Shown here in pieces: positions 22,483-35,379 of a stretch of 35,406 nucleotides of DNA (positions within the stretch are counted from its first letter, which is position 1; every line of letters begins with the position of its first letter). This DNA is from Octopus bimaculoides (lineage: Eukaryota), in NCBI RefSeq assembly GCF_001194135.2, contig NC_068987.1:60164922-60200327 (forward strand), given 5' to 3'. A model generated the notes under the pieces. That model was not told the origin of the DNA. It did no database searches and worked only from the letters and a program-made list of their open reading frames with translations. The position numbers were made by a program, and so were the translations under genes.

Positions 22483-23653
22483 NNNNNNNNNNNNNNNNNN
22501 NNNNNNNNNNNNNNNNNNNNNNNNNNNNNNNNNNNNNNNNNNNNNNNNNNNNNNNNNNNNNNNNNNNNNNNNNNNNNNNNNNNNNNNNNNNNNNNNNNNN
22601 NNNNNNNNNNNNNNNNNNNNNNNNNNNNNNNNNNNNNNNNNNNNNNNNNNNNNNNNNNNNNNNNNNNNNNNNNNNNNNNNNNNNNNNNNNNNNNNNNNNN
22701 NNNNNNNNNNNNNNNNNNNNNNNNNNNNNNNNNNNNNNNNNNNNNNNNNNNNNNNNNNNNNNNNNNNNNNNNNNNNNNNNNNNNNNNNNNNNNNNNNNNN
22801 NNNNNNNNNNNNNNNNNNNNNNNNNNNNNNNNNNNNNNNNATATATACATGAATGTGTGTCTTTTACATAATAGAAAAATGTTATGGTTAGAAAGATGAC
22901 GTAGGAAGATGAATTAAACCGGATAAAATGCACAATGTATGTGTACACACTAACTCATCAGTTATCGGCCAAATACCTTCATAATAACGACGTCGTATAG
23001 GTCAGACTGTTTAATCTATTGGCGTCAACAGCAAAATGCTGCTCAGATATAAATGAACGAACATGAAATATAGAATGAGAAAAATACAAAAAAGACGCGT
23101 TTCTCTAGACCGAACTGTAAAAAGGATGAGTTGTACGGGCAACACGAAAATATTTGAAACTAGAAAGCAAGTACAGTAAAGGAAAAGTAAACAATTAATA
23201 AACAACACAAGTATTTTTTATATACAAAGGTTTTCCAGCTATACAACAGGATTAAGACATGTGTGAATGTAACGCTACTATGAGAAGGCGTCGAAATTGT
23301 GATGATTTTTGGTCGATAACTGATGAGGGGTGGACATGACCACTTTTTTGTATATTTTTTGCCTGTTTTCTTTATGTTCATTCGTTGTTTTCAGTTATAA
23401 CATTTTATTATTTATTAATGTAACGCTACGCATATTTTTCTGCCTCCACTTCACTGGTCCCCTATATAGTAGTTTCCATTTTGTATGACAACTTCTTTCC
23501 ACTTATCTCTCTTCTCTTCTTCATTACCTTCACTTTTTGTTGATTTTTCCATCTGCCTTTCTCACTCAACCATTTCTATCTCTTTCTTATTGTTCTTTTA
23601 TTCCTTGTCGTTCTATCCGTATATACATATATATCTACATATCGTTCTACCTT

Positions 23654-23712
<59 letters not shown>

Positions 23713-24057
23713 ACCCTTCTATTTCTTCCTCTGCCTAACGTGAGAATTATTAACTGTCTATTCATTTCGTTTTCTCCTTCCACAATCTATCTTACTTCGT
23801 ATTTGTTCTCTAACTTTCAATCTACTTCTTTTCTCGTTTTGTCCAGTCTTACATTTTCTTCCCTTCGTACGATGCTTCCCTCTCTTTCACCCTCTATTTC
23901 CATCCTTTATTACCCGCACTTTCTTTCCCTTAAAGGTACCACGTGATCATCCTTTTTGACTTCACCATACGCTTGCTCAGTTGGATGTTTTCATCTCTTG
24001 TCATAGAAATTACGATCGTGATCGGTCTTGCTTTTATACATACATACGTACGTACTT

Positions 24058-24090
<33 letters not shown>

Positions 24091-24681
24091 NNNNNNNNNN
24101 NNNNNNNNNNNNNNNNNNNNNNNNNNNNNNNNNNNNNNNNNNNNNNNNNNNNNNNNNNNNNNNNNNNNNNNNNNNNNNNNNNNNNNNNNNNNNNNNNNNN
24201 NNNNNNNNNNNNNNNNNNNNNNNNNNNNNNNNNNNNNNNNNNNNNNNNNNNNNNNNNNNNNNNNNNNNNNNNNNNNNNNNNNNNNNNNNNNNNNNNNNNN
24301 NNNNNNNNNNNNNNNNNNNNNNNNNNNNNNNNNNNNNNNNNNNNNNNNNNNNNNNNNNNNNNNNNNNNNNNNNNNNNNNNNNNNNNNNNNNNNNNNNNNN
24401 NNNNNNNNNNNNNNNNNNNNNNNNNNNNNNNNNNNNNNNNNNNNNNNNNNNNNNNNNNNNNNNNNNNNNNNNNNNNNNNNNNNNNNNNNNNNNNNNNNNN
24501 NNNNNNNNNNNNNNNNNNNNNNNNNNNNNNNNNNNNNNNNNNNNNNNNNNNNNNNNNNNNNNNNNNNNNNNNNNNNNNNNNNNNNNNNNNNNNNNNNNNN
24601 NNNNNNNNNNNNNNNNNNNNNNNNNNNNNNNNNNNNNNNNNNNNNNNNNNNNNNNNNNNNNNNNNNNNNNNNNNNNNNNNN

Positions 24682-24728
<47 letters not shown>

Positions 24729-25299
24729 CAATACATATATGTGTGCATGAACTGAAATATCTTAGGAATAGTCATTTATAAAAATAAGAAATATATCTCT
24801 TACAATGAAGACCTCCTCGCACTAAAACATTTCCTTGAATTACGTCCTGATTCTAACACAGAGTATATATGCACACATTACTTCGTACACACAGATGCAC
24901 TTGTTCGCAAACACAGGTGCGCGCGCTCCCATGCACACATACACACGCACACATTAGCTTCATACATACGCATGTGTTTGTTCACACACACGAGCGCACA
25001 CGCTTATACACGCGTATACACATGCACAGGCTTGTGTAGACACACACATGTCACGTCACTGTTGTCTCTCTTATCATTCAGGCTGCAAGTCATCTTTTTT
25101 CTTCTTTCAGTCATTTCAGCATGCCTTAATGCAGAGACCTTTTTTCTTCTTTTTTCCCTTATTTCTCTCTCTATATACTTCTTTCCTCATCTGTAGCAGA
25201 GCGTAGGCTCGAAATGTTAAAGATGTCTTCCATTTTTCCTGAGTGTAAACCTAATACACCTTGTTCTTCCAGCTTGTCATTGTGTTTTCTGATTTTCGA

Positions 25300-25590
25300 C
25301 CACTTATATTCTTCTATTTTTCATGCGTTTCGGCCCTAATGCTGCGGTTAGGCTGGAGCACCACCAGTGCAATCACATTTTCAATGGCCATCGTATGTGA
25401 TTGGCTTTTGGTGAAGGAAGGAGTTCGACATTGCTGCCCTCTTTTGAGTTTCCCGTCGTCATATAGGTTCGTCTGGAACCTTGAAAGGCAAAATGTCAAG
25501 TTGTTGCTTCAAAACATCTACTCCTATTCCATGAAGATCTCTCAGATGTTTTGGCAAGGCATGATATTGCAAGGCATAATATATTCATAT
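25300..25590 (-). mobile_element. CR1/L2-group LINE 3' end (ORF2 C-terminus plus 3' UTR)
   Basis: Minus frame ALPKHLRDLHGIGVDVLKQQLDILPFKVPDEPI*RRETQKRAAMSNSFLHQ resembles the FNxLP...LDxFL..VPDEP...RAAxxNSL motif. An A-rich tail follows. Confidence 0.65.
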
Positions 25591-25595
25591 CAGGT

Positions 25596-27785
25596 TGCTC
25601 TTTAGCGCTACTGGTAACATGTAACCCAGTACAATCTGTCACATGTTCGGGTCATCGTCGACTAAACTGGTAACTCCATCAAGCTTGCTTAGTGAGGAGG
25701 GTGATTGTTGGACACCCTGCGGTACGAAAATTAAGACCTGTGTAGTCAACGGCCAATTCAACAAGTACGTTGTCGCAGTGAAGTGTCTGTGTGCTCCATT
25801 GACCCGGAGAGTTATACTGGAGGGAGAGAAATCTTCAGGCAGGTTTTACCAGGCCAGACAGGTCGAAGGATAGGAAGCAAACAAAACCTTAACCATAAGA
25901 GGAGTAAACCTCAATGACAATAAATCGAAGCGTCGGCAGCAGGCGTGGTTTTACTTATCGGCAGGACCTTACAGATCAGATTCGTGGCTTTGAACTAACA
26001 GGATGTCATGCAGAAGATCTTGAATACAAGACAATGGATGAGGCCCTAATATTCCTAGTTAGATAGAAACTGCAGGACTACATGGAGCAGCGCCCTGTGA
26101 CTCCAATGCTGTTAACCCCTATAAATCCACGCGTTAGCAGCACCAGGGTTTGAGCTCCCTCCTCAGATATTCCGGATGTCGCATAAAGATATTCCGGATG
26201 TCACAAGTCGCATAAAGACTGATGAAGGAACTTCTCTAAATACAAGTAGAAGAGAAGTAGCTGATGGTGAGAACAGAGGAATCAAATTTATGAATAATAA
26301 AAAGTACCTGCAAATTGGAACACTCAATATAAGAACATTTAGAGAAAAAGAGAAACGCCTGGAGATGGCTAACTTTAACAAATGCAAACTAAACATCATT
26401 GAACAAAAGATAGTGTATGAAGAAAACCCTACTTTCATTGAACGGCTTGAAGGTTGCACACTAATAACAAGTGCATACAGAAGTATTAATGGTGCTGCAG
26501 CAGAAGAGTACGATTAGTAATCAAGGGTTTGGAAAAGCATTGACCGAAGTAATACCAGTAAATGACAGAATAGTCACAGCCACATTCAATGGAAATCTAT
26601 TCACCACAGTAGTTATTAATTATGCACCCATAGAGACAAATGTCATCAATGATGAAATGTCATCAAATACCAAAACACCATGTTACCAAAGAATGCGGTG
26701 ATTTTAATGCTCATTTACATGAGGATGCAGTCCGCTTCACATTTCATAAGGAGACCAGCAAGAATGGCCAGCTTCTCCTGGATTATGTGGCGGAATGTAA
26801 TCTTCGTATCACTATCACTCTGTTCAAGAAAAAGAAAGGAAAACAATGGACATTTATCTCCGACATGAATGGTAGCAAGTCCCAAATTGATTACATACTG
26901 ATTGATAAGAAATGGAAGAATTTTGTCCATAATGTAGAATCATGTAACAGCTTAGCAGTTTAGAGGGTGACTATCGCTTTGTGACAGCCAGACTACGTCT
27001 TAGTGAACGTTACAAGCAAATCTCCTGCAAGAAAAAAAATGTTACGATTGGTCTACATTACGAAATACAGAACTTCAACAGCTTTATACGGTTACAGTGC
27101 GTAACAGATTTGCGAAACTATCCAACAACAGGGATACTGTTAAGAGAAAGATAGAAAGTTTGCGCAATCAAAGGAAGAAGCAGCAGCAAAATTGATACCG
27201 ATAAAGAAGAGGATAAAACGGAGAAGGTTAGCTGATGAACCCAGGGTAGAAAAAGCACGCAGTGAAGTACAAGAGGCATTCAACAACTATCAAAAAGCTG
27301 CCTACAGCGATACTAAAGAAACTTTACAAAGAACGAAAGAGGGTCTAAAACAGGGGTACCAAGAGATTTAAGGCGGGGAACTGGATGAAATGATTTCCTA
27401 GGTCGAAAATGCAGACGCAAAGAGTAAGCACGGAGAAAGCTGGAGGATGATTACCTCCATCACTGGTCGCAAAGCTGCGATCATCAAAGGGAAATCAAAG
27501 GGCGAGAGGATCAAGAAGGGGCACACTCATTTCTACAACTTACTTAGGAAGGATCCAGAAGTTTACAATGAAACCGAAAATGAAGAATAAGCAAAGATAC
27601 TTGACGGTTTAAAAATCGAGGATGGAGAAAAAGCTACAAGTAACCTGAAAGAAGTAACCTGAAAGGAGGAAAACAAGCTGGTCCTGACAATATCCCACCT
27701 GAAGTACTAAAAAGATGTGATCTAGACGACATCATCCTTGAATTTGCAAACAAACTGCTAAATGACAATGTAAAGGCAGAGACTG
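25596..27785 (+). mobile_element. RTE-group (RTE-X-like) LINE with 5' UTR and APE endonuclease, ending at the start of RT
   Basis: APE motifs IGTLNIRT, VNDRI, NYAP, GDFNAH, KNGQLL and SQIDYILI are present across frameshifts, then GKQAGPDNIPPEVLKRCDLDDIILEFANKLL (27668 onward), where homology stops. Confidence 0.88.
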
Positions 27786-28399
27786 GAATTATAGCTTCAC
27801 CTATCTCACCACACGTTACCGCGATGGAAAGCCACGATCCATCACGTTGAAGTCTGCGCTGCAACTGATTTCACACATATATACATATATGCATTTGTAT
27901 GCATACACACACATACAAACATACACACGCACATATATATATATATATATATATATGTATACAAACGTAACTATGTAATATACACACTGATTACAAATAT
28001 ATATAATATGATATATAAAACAATATATATTGAGAGAGAGAAAGATATAGAGATTGCTGTATATGTGTACATGAGTGTGCGTGTGTATGTGTGTGTATGT
28101 GTGTGTGTATGTGTGTGTGTCTGTATATGTGAGTGTGTATAATATATTTATATAAGAATATATAGCATACGTATCTGTTAAAACATTTATAGGTACATGC
28201 TCTAACATACACATTTTTGTGAGCACATATGTGCGCATGTGTGTATATGCATGCGTGCATGCGTATGTGAATGTGTGTGATGGTGATCATGATGAAGATG
28301 ATGATGATGATTATGGCAGTTGACTCGCTAATGAAAGCTTGTTAATGAGCTGCCGAAGATTGCTTTATTAGCTGTGCCTATGATTTGTAGTTTTTTCCA

Positions 28400-28860
28400 C
28401 AACTATTGCTATTTCAGCTGAATACTATGCAAAGCCATAACACTTAGTATTTTATACAGACATATGGACGTATGTCTTTTCATACCACCAATAAAGAAAC
28501 AGCGTTTTTTACATGATTGTCGGACATATTTTTCCCGAGGTTATTATTACTTGTTTGCTTTGGTACAAGAAACCTTGAGCGTATGACCAGAAAAAAGAAA
28601 CTCAGTTAGAAGTCTGGTTGGTTCATGGGTATTTATGAGGCTTCCTTTACTTGTATTTCATTTCACTTTTTTATGTGTTTAATGGGATATTCTTCAAAAT
28701 ATATTGGCGCATGGAATATATTTTTTCTCCATGATGTTGTATTGCATCTTTCTCAACTTTTTACATGAATTTTGCCTTTACAGATGAGATTTAAGTCATG
28801 TTCGTATTGATCTGTAATATAATTGTTAAGGAATTCTTTGTTTTTTCAACCCATAGTTCT
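28400..28860 (-). mobile_element. Possible very old R4/Dong-like C-terminal remnant
   Basis: A minus frame with stops gives SWRKNIFHAPIYF...VKEAS*...LVPKQ, a weak resemblance to the WxxKxLHGxY...KxAS..W..ETEG..QDQ region. Confidence 0.3.
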
Positions 28861-28959
28861 CAATAATGTAGTCACGTACGAACTTTTTCGTCTTCTCTTC
28901 GATTTATATGGCCTGCTCCTTTCAGTTTCGGAATGTTATTTCCATGCTCACAAAATTCG

Positions 28960-29350
28960 CTAGCCCTAAGACCTTGATATTACTCAAATAGTCTTTCCAA
29001 GATATATGCGTAATTTCCCTTTGGGAATTTGAAGAGAACTAATATAAGTAACAGTATAATGAAGTGACCAAAATATCACACAGAGAAAGGGGAAAAGAAG
29101 ACAAAAGAAGGGATAGAAATGTAGAGGTGGTAATGAAACTCTCAACAAAGAATACACGGCAGATATTGGCAATAAATTTGAAACGCAACTGGTGATGCAA
29201 GAAGAGAAGATCCCAGACGGCATGAGGCAATTGATGAAAAATGAAATACTTGAATCTGCCGAAATACACTTACCAAAAGGAAAGAGAGTCAAAAGGCAAC
29301 CACGGATATCCGTAGCAGCTATGGATCTTGTTGAAAAAGGAGGAAAGCAA
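28960..29350 (+). mobile_element. RTE/BovB-like LINE fragment (linker between endonuclease and RT)
   Basis: ETLNKEYTADIGNKFETQLVMQEEKIPDGMRQLMKNEILESAEIHLPKGKRVKRQPRISVAAMDLVEK resembles the RTE linker KxKxPWIS...LVExRRxAK. Confidence 0.5.
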
Positions 29351-29394
29351 GAACCTTCAGTTTCGACACAGAAAAAAATAAAAATAGTCAACAA

Positions 29395-29840
29395 ATATTC
29401 GTTCGAACCTGGGGTCGATTCGTTTGACTAAAATATTCTCCAAGGCAGTGCTACAGCATGGCCGGAGTCTAATGACTGAAACATGTAAAAGATAAAATAT
29501 AAAAGAAGTCAAGCGAGAATCTTTTGCCGAACCGCTAAGTTACAGGGACGTAAATGCACCAGCATCGGTTGTCAAGCGATGTTGGCGGGGACAAACACAG
29601 ACGCACAAACATATACACACATGACTTTATCTGTATGTTTGGTTCCACCACTACTTGATAACTGGTGTTGATTTGTTTATCCCCCATGACTTAGCGGGTC
29701 TAGAAAAAGTGACCGATAGGAGAAGTACCAGGCTTTAGAATACGTACTAGATGTCGATTTGTTCGACCAAACCCTTCAAAGTGGAGCTCCAACATGGCCG
29801 AGGTCCAATGACTGAAAGAAGTAAACAATAAAAGATAAAA
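29395..29840. mobile_element. Three family-2 SINE fragments (+ 29395-29500, - 29515-29620, + 29625-29840)
   Basis: The shared blocks GGGGTCGATT..GACTAAA, GCATGGCCG..GTC.AATGACTGAAA and GTAACTTAGCGGTTCGGCAAAAG occur in both orientations. Confidence 0.8.
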
Positions 29841-30423
29841 TGTGAACGAGGTGTGCGCTTATATGTACACATAGGTACAATAGATGCTTACATAGGTATT
29901 GATTATAAGATAGATAAACGATTAATCAGCTATATGTATAAACATTACTGAAACGGACGTTTATTCATCTGCCATAGTTGTCAAGCTTCCTATCTATCAC
30001 CGAGTTTTAATTCTGTATATTGCTGTATTCTTCAATGTAATCAGTAACTATTCAACGGTCTGTCATTGCAATGTTTAGATTATGACCGAAAATCGTAAAA
30101 TTAATTTTCATATTAATCATTTGGTCTCACCAAGAAATACATAACACTAAATCAGTAAGTTATAAATTTTAATTCAAACCTTAAAATACAGCTATCGTAA
30201 TTAATGTTGTCTAATGTTGTATTTAGTGGCGACGAATCCATTAGGCTTAAATGTTCAAGGCGTTTGTTGTAATGTTTCCTCTAAGTTTAATGTACACATG
30301 GACATGTGTGTATATGCGTATATCTTTGTGCATATCCGTGTTTGTGATATAGCCTAATTGTATATAACTATGTTTATCTATATAAGGTTTAATGCTTTTA
30401 TCTGCATACGCATACAGACAAGT

Positions 30424-30494
<71 letters not shown>

Positions 30495-30769
30495 GCGCAA
30501 TCAACCTTCGCACTGGTCAAAAGGAATAAACATCCCTCTAGTAAACATCCATTAATGTTATATCACCTGAAGAAATGAATCCATGAAAATGATCAGCCCG
30601 ATGCCCACGTTTACTGCGGACTACACAGTAATCATCCCAGGAATACGGACTGTGATCTTTAGAGACATGTGATTTGTGGAAACGAGCGATGCATTAAACG
30701 TTTATAAATACCATACAAGGATTATTATTATCATTACTATTAATATATATGTGTGTGTGTGCGTATATC

Positions 30770-30960
30770 ATCCCTACACCCACACCACACCACACTCCAT
30801 CATCAGCACACCCACACACCATCATCCGCACATCCACACACCATCATCCACACATCATCATCCACACACCCAAACATTACAGACACACACACTTACACAC
30901 GCGCACATCCACACGTCAAAGTCACTAGCCCGTTTCCACACACACACACATACACATTCT
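30770..30960. repeat. Low-complexity CA/CATC-rich repeat (CCATCATCCACACA-like units)
   Basis: Imperfect repeats are directly visible. Confidence 0.75.
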
Positions 30961-31385
30961 CACATGCACGCACGCGCACTTTCGTTTTGGGATCACCAAT
31001 ACNNNNNNNNNNNNNNNNNNNNNNNNNNNNNNNNNNNNNNNNNNNNNNNNNNNNNNNNNNNNNNNNNNNNNNNNNNNNNNNNNNNNNNNNNNNNNNNNNN
31101 NNNNNNNNNNNNNNNNNNNNNNNNNNNNNNNNNNNNNNNNNNNNNNNNNNNNNNNNNNNNNNNNNNNNNNNNNNNNNNNNNNNNNNNNNNNNNNNNNNNN
31201 NNNNNNNNNNNNNNNNNNNNNNNNNNNNNNNNNNNNNNNNNNNNNNNNNNNNNNNNNNNNNNNNNNNNNNNNNNNNNNNNNNNNNNNNNNNNNNNNNNNN
31301 NNNNNNNNNNNNNNNNNNNNNNNNNNNNNNNNNNNNNNNNNNNNNNNNNNNNNNNNNNNNNNNNNNNNNNAAACACATACATACA

Positions 31386-32579
31386 CACGAGGTTGTTCAT
31401 TAAAGACTTCCCCTGATCCACTTCCCAAAAACCGAGATAAACGAAATTTGGCATAATTATCAGTCCTTCTCTACGTAGCCCCCGCCAATGGTGACACACT
31501 TCACCCATCGCTTTATGCAGCTGTGAAGACCTCGTCTGTAGAAGTTGGTAGGTTGCGCCTGGAGCCAAGACTTTACCTCGGAAATAAGTTCATCGTCATC
31601 CGAAAGAGGTGGAAATCAGAAGGTGCGAGGTCAGGAGAGTAAGGGTGGTGAGGAAGGATTTCATAGCCGTAGGAGTGTACTTTCATCTGAGTAACATGCG
31701 CATTGTGAACTGGGGCTTCATCTTGGAGGAGGCGCACTCTCTTGGTCAGCATGCTACGCCTCTCTGCTTTGATAGCGTCCCGCAATTTCTGCAGCACAGA
31801 ATTGTGGTGCCCTTTGCCAGAAAATCCATCATCACTACTCTGTGCTGGTCCCAAATGACTGTGAGCATCACCTTGCCGGCTGAGGGTTGGACACGAACCT
31901 TCTTTGGAGGTGGTGAGTTATCATGCTTTCATTGCTTTGATTGGACTTTAGTCACAGGGTCATAATGATGGTTCCATGAAAAGTCTACCGAAAAAGTCCT
32001 CCTTACTTTCTTGGCACGTTGCCAAAAGAGCCTGGGAGTAATTGACTCGTTCCTGCTTCTGAAAATGTATGAGCATCCGGGGAATCCATCGTGCAGACAA
32101 CTTCCGCATTTGCAAATGGTCGTGAATGATGTTTTCCACGGACCCTACACTTGTCTTCACTTCTTGGGGTAGTGTCCGAATAGTTATGCGGCGATCATCT
32201 AAAATCGCGGCTTCTATTTTATGGATGGTGTTGTCATCAGTGGCGGAATGTTGTCGTCCATGAATAGGAGCAGTTTCCACCGATGTCCGACCACATTTGA
32301 ATTGATAATGCCAATACTTGACTATATTGCATGACTGTGCATCATCACCGTAAACTTCTTTCATCTCATCGAAAGTCATTTTTGGTGTACGACCTTTCAA
32401 GTATACGAACCTGATCACTGATCTGCATTCAACTGCCTCCATTATAACACCTTAGTCCACTTCAGCAGCCGTAAAAGACAAACGAATACTAGTCGAAAGC
32501 TGTAATTATATCAGTACAAGTTCCGTTTCCTGCAATAACCAGAAGTGGGTCAGGGAAATCTTTAATGAACACCTTCTTG
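31386..32579 (-). mobile_element. Near-full-length mariner (DD34D, irritans/Hsmar2-like) with both TIRs
   Basis: TIR CACGAGGTTGTTCATTAAAGACTTCCCCTGATCCACTTC (31386 onward) matches the reverse complement of 32542-32579, CAAGAAGGTGTTCATTAAAGATTTCCCTGACCCACTTC. Confidence 0.93.
31460..32442 (-). pseudogene. Mariner transposase, disrupted
   Basis: MEAVECRSVIRF..KLSARWIPRML..WNHHYDP..SAGKVM..LLQDEAPVH..YSPDLAPSDFHLF..KCVTIGGGYVEKD*. The first catalytic Asp region (TxDETW) is deleted, and there are frameshifts and a second deletion. Confidence 0.9.
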
Positions 32580-33327
32580 TGTGTGTGTGTGTATGTGTGC
32601 GTGCGCGTGCGCATGTATGTATACATGTGTATGTATATATGTATATATGTTTTGTGCGTTTACGTTTTACGTGGATATGGGTGTTATATTAATATATGAG
32701 TATGAGTGCCAGTTTAAATATTTGAATCTTTCTTACGGAGAAGGATCCAATAGTTATAAGAATAAGTGTCAATTTACAAAATAGATGGAGAAGTTGCAGC
32801 TTTAGAAGAACTCGTCCGCAAAGATTCCTTTTCTCGCTGAGTTTGACAGAAATATTCTGACCCTCAGAATTTATAACTACATGTTTTTTCTTTCATGTCT
32901 CAAAAATTTATATCAAACTTGTTTGCAGTAGACAGAAGTTTTGACGGAAATGTTTCACTAATATTCCTTCTATTGACACGTCAATATACATTGAATAAAA
33001 GATATCTTCACTGTATTTATCTCTGGGCTGTCTTCCTACGAATGGCATTGTCAAATGGTTTTACAATGATACATCATATTATAAGTTCTGTGCAGCTTCG
33101 GATCAAATGTATCATATCTTCCACAGAAATGTGACATAAATGACATTTCTGATCGCGTCATAAAAGTTTTAAAAGCTTCACTGTTTCTATTGTTCCTGAA
33201 TGGTAAATGCATGATCTATGATTTATAGATAGCGTGATGTAAAGATCCCCATTCCAGGACGGCCTTCAGCTCATATTAAGGTTGGCATCAATGATACATG
33301 TACGATTGTGCACACTCACACACACAC

Positions 33328-33358
<31 letters not shown>

Positions 33359-33608
33359 TGTATATTTCGCTTAGGCATTGCGAGATTAATAAACAGGTGT
33401 AGAACTCAATATAGTACGTTTCAGAACAAAGTATTAGATAAGTATAGGCACTCAACTACGAGTTCACTGCATCTTATAGCAGAAACATGTATAACCTAAC
33501 GAAGTTCATAACATAATCATTATTTTTCCTGCGTCATCTCTCTCTATATATATATATGTGTGTGTGAGTGTGTGTGTGAGTGTGTGTGTGTATGTGTGTG
33601 TGTGTGTG

Positions 33609-33649
<41 letters not shown>

Positions 33650-34577
33650 CTATACTATATATAAAACAGAGGTGTGTGTGTAATCGCTTTTCACGTGAAA
33701 ACGGCTTCACTATTTACTTCCATACTCGTGATACATAAATAATTTGACCTCGGATAAATCTTAGGCTCTTCATTTGATTTTTTTTATCTCTAATTAAAAA
33801 TAAATAATATTGCTTTATATNNNNNNNNNNNNNNNNNNNNNNNNNNNNNNNNNNNNNNNNNNNNNNNNNNNNNNNNNNNNNNNNNNNNNNNNNNNNNNNN
33901 NNNNNNNNNNNNNNNNNNNNNNNNNNNNNNNNNNNNNNNNNNNNNNNNNNNNNNNNNNNNNNNNNNNNNNNNNNNNNNNNNNNNNNNNNNNNNNNNNNNN
34001 NNNNNNNNNNNNNNNNNNNNNNNNNNNNNNNNNNNNNNNNNNNNNNNNNNNNNNNNNNNNNNNNNNNNNNNNNNNNNNNNNNNNNNNNNNNNNNNNNNNN
34101 NNNNNNNNNNNNNNNNNNNNNNNNNNNNNNNNNNNNNNNNNNNNNNNNNNNNNNNNNNNNNNNNNNNNNNNNNNNNNNNNNNNNNNNNNNNNNNNNNNNN
34201 NNNNNNNNNNNNNNNNNNNNNNNNNNNNNNNNNNNNNNNNNNNNNNNNNNNNNNNNNNNNNNNNNNNNNNNNNNNNNNNNNNNNNNNNNNNNNNNNNNNN
34301 NNNNNNNNNNNNNNNNNNNNNNNNNNNNNNNNNNNNNNNNNNNNNNNNNNNNNNNNNNNNNNNNNNNNNNNNNNNNNNNNNNNNNNNNNNNNNNNNNNNN
34401 NNNNNNNNNNNNNNNNNNNNNNNNNNNNNNNNNNNNNNNNNNNNNNNNNNNNNNNNNNNNNNNNNNNNNNNNNNNNNNNNNNNNNNNNNNNNNNNNNNNN
34501 NNNNNNNNNNNNNNNNNNNNNNNNNNNNNNNNNNNNNNNNNNNNNNNNNNNNNNNNNNNNNNNNNNNNNNNNNNNNT

Positions 34578-35379
34578 TTTGTTCGCGGTTGAAGTTCTTT
34601 ATATTGACCCGCGCCCCTTTACCATGCCCTATAACCAGAAGTCACTGGGTGTCAGATCAGGGGAGTGTGCAGCCCATGCCAATGGTCCACTGCGACCTAT
34701 CCAACGATTTGGAAATGTTTGATCGAGAAAAGCACAAGCAATATAGGCAAAATGAGGCGGTGCACCATTCTGCTGGAAATACCCTGCCCGTATGATTTGT
34801 AGGGGTGTTTCATCAATGGCAAACTCCTGAAGCATTTGTAAGTAGGCATTTGAAGTCACTGTTGGAGTGTCAAAGAAATAGGGTCCAATTACGCAAAGGT
34901 GGCTTCATAACTAAATACCATTTGACTTACAATGTTCGGTTGGATATTTGTCATTTCAGCTAGAATCTGACAGCTTTCCACACGAAACTGTTTTTGCTAA
35001 GCTGTCAAAGCTTGGACAACTTGTATGTGATATGGTCGCATGCCAAGGTCTTTGAATTCGGCACACTGTTCCCTGTGGAATCCCTGTTTCCAGACTGCAT
35101 CGTCTCGTCGATTTAGATGAACTCCGGAGTACGGCCTGCTGCACAGCAGCAATGTTCAAGGTACTTCTTCCTGATTTGGGCCGGCCTGCATTTCCTTCAT
35201 AGTTGCCCACTACTGTTTCAGTCGATACAAACTTGTCATGGATACAATAAATTGTTAAACGACTTGGTGGGTCACAATCTGGAAATCGTTCTGCAAATTT
35301 CCATCAAGCTTGCAACCACCCTTCTTTTCTGAGTCTGTAACAGAACAGAAAAGTGTTAACATAATTTTGACTCACGCTG
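34578..35379 (-). mobile_element. Decayed Tc1/mariner DD41D (rosa/Visitor-type) transposon; the 3' end is in the gap
   Basis: FQQNGAPPHF...RWIGRSGPLAWAAHSPDLTPSDFWL has 41 residues between N(D) and D. The N-terminal region reads GRPKSGRS..RSSSKSTRR. The 5' TIR TA|CAGCGTGAGTCAAAATTATG starts at 35379, next to (TA)n. Confidence 0.85.

Noticed and set aside
10686-34592. Long ORFs in the track made of X runs or YIYI/HTHT/CVCV/LSLS repeats
   Set aside because: They are artefacts of N gaps and microsatellites.
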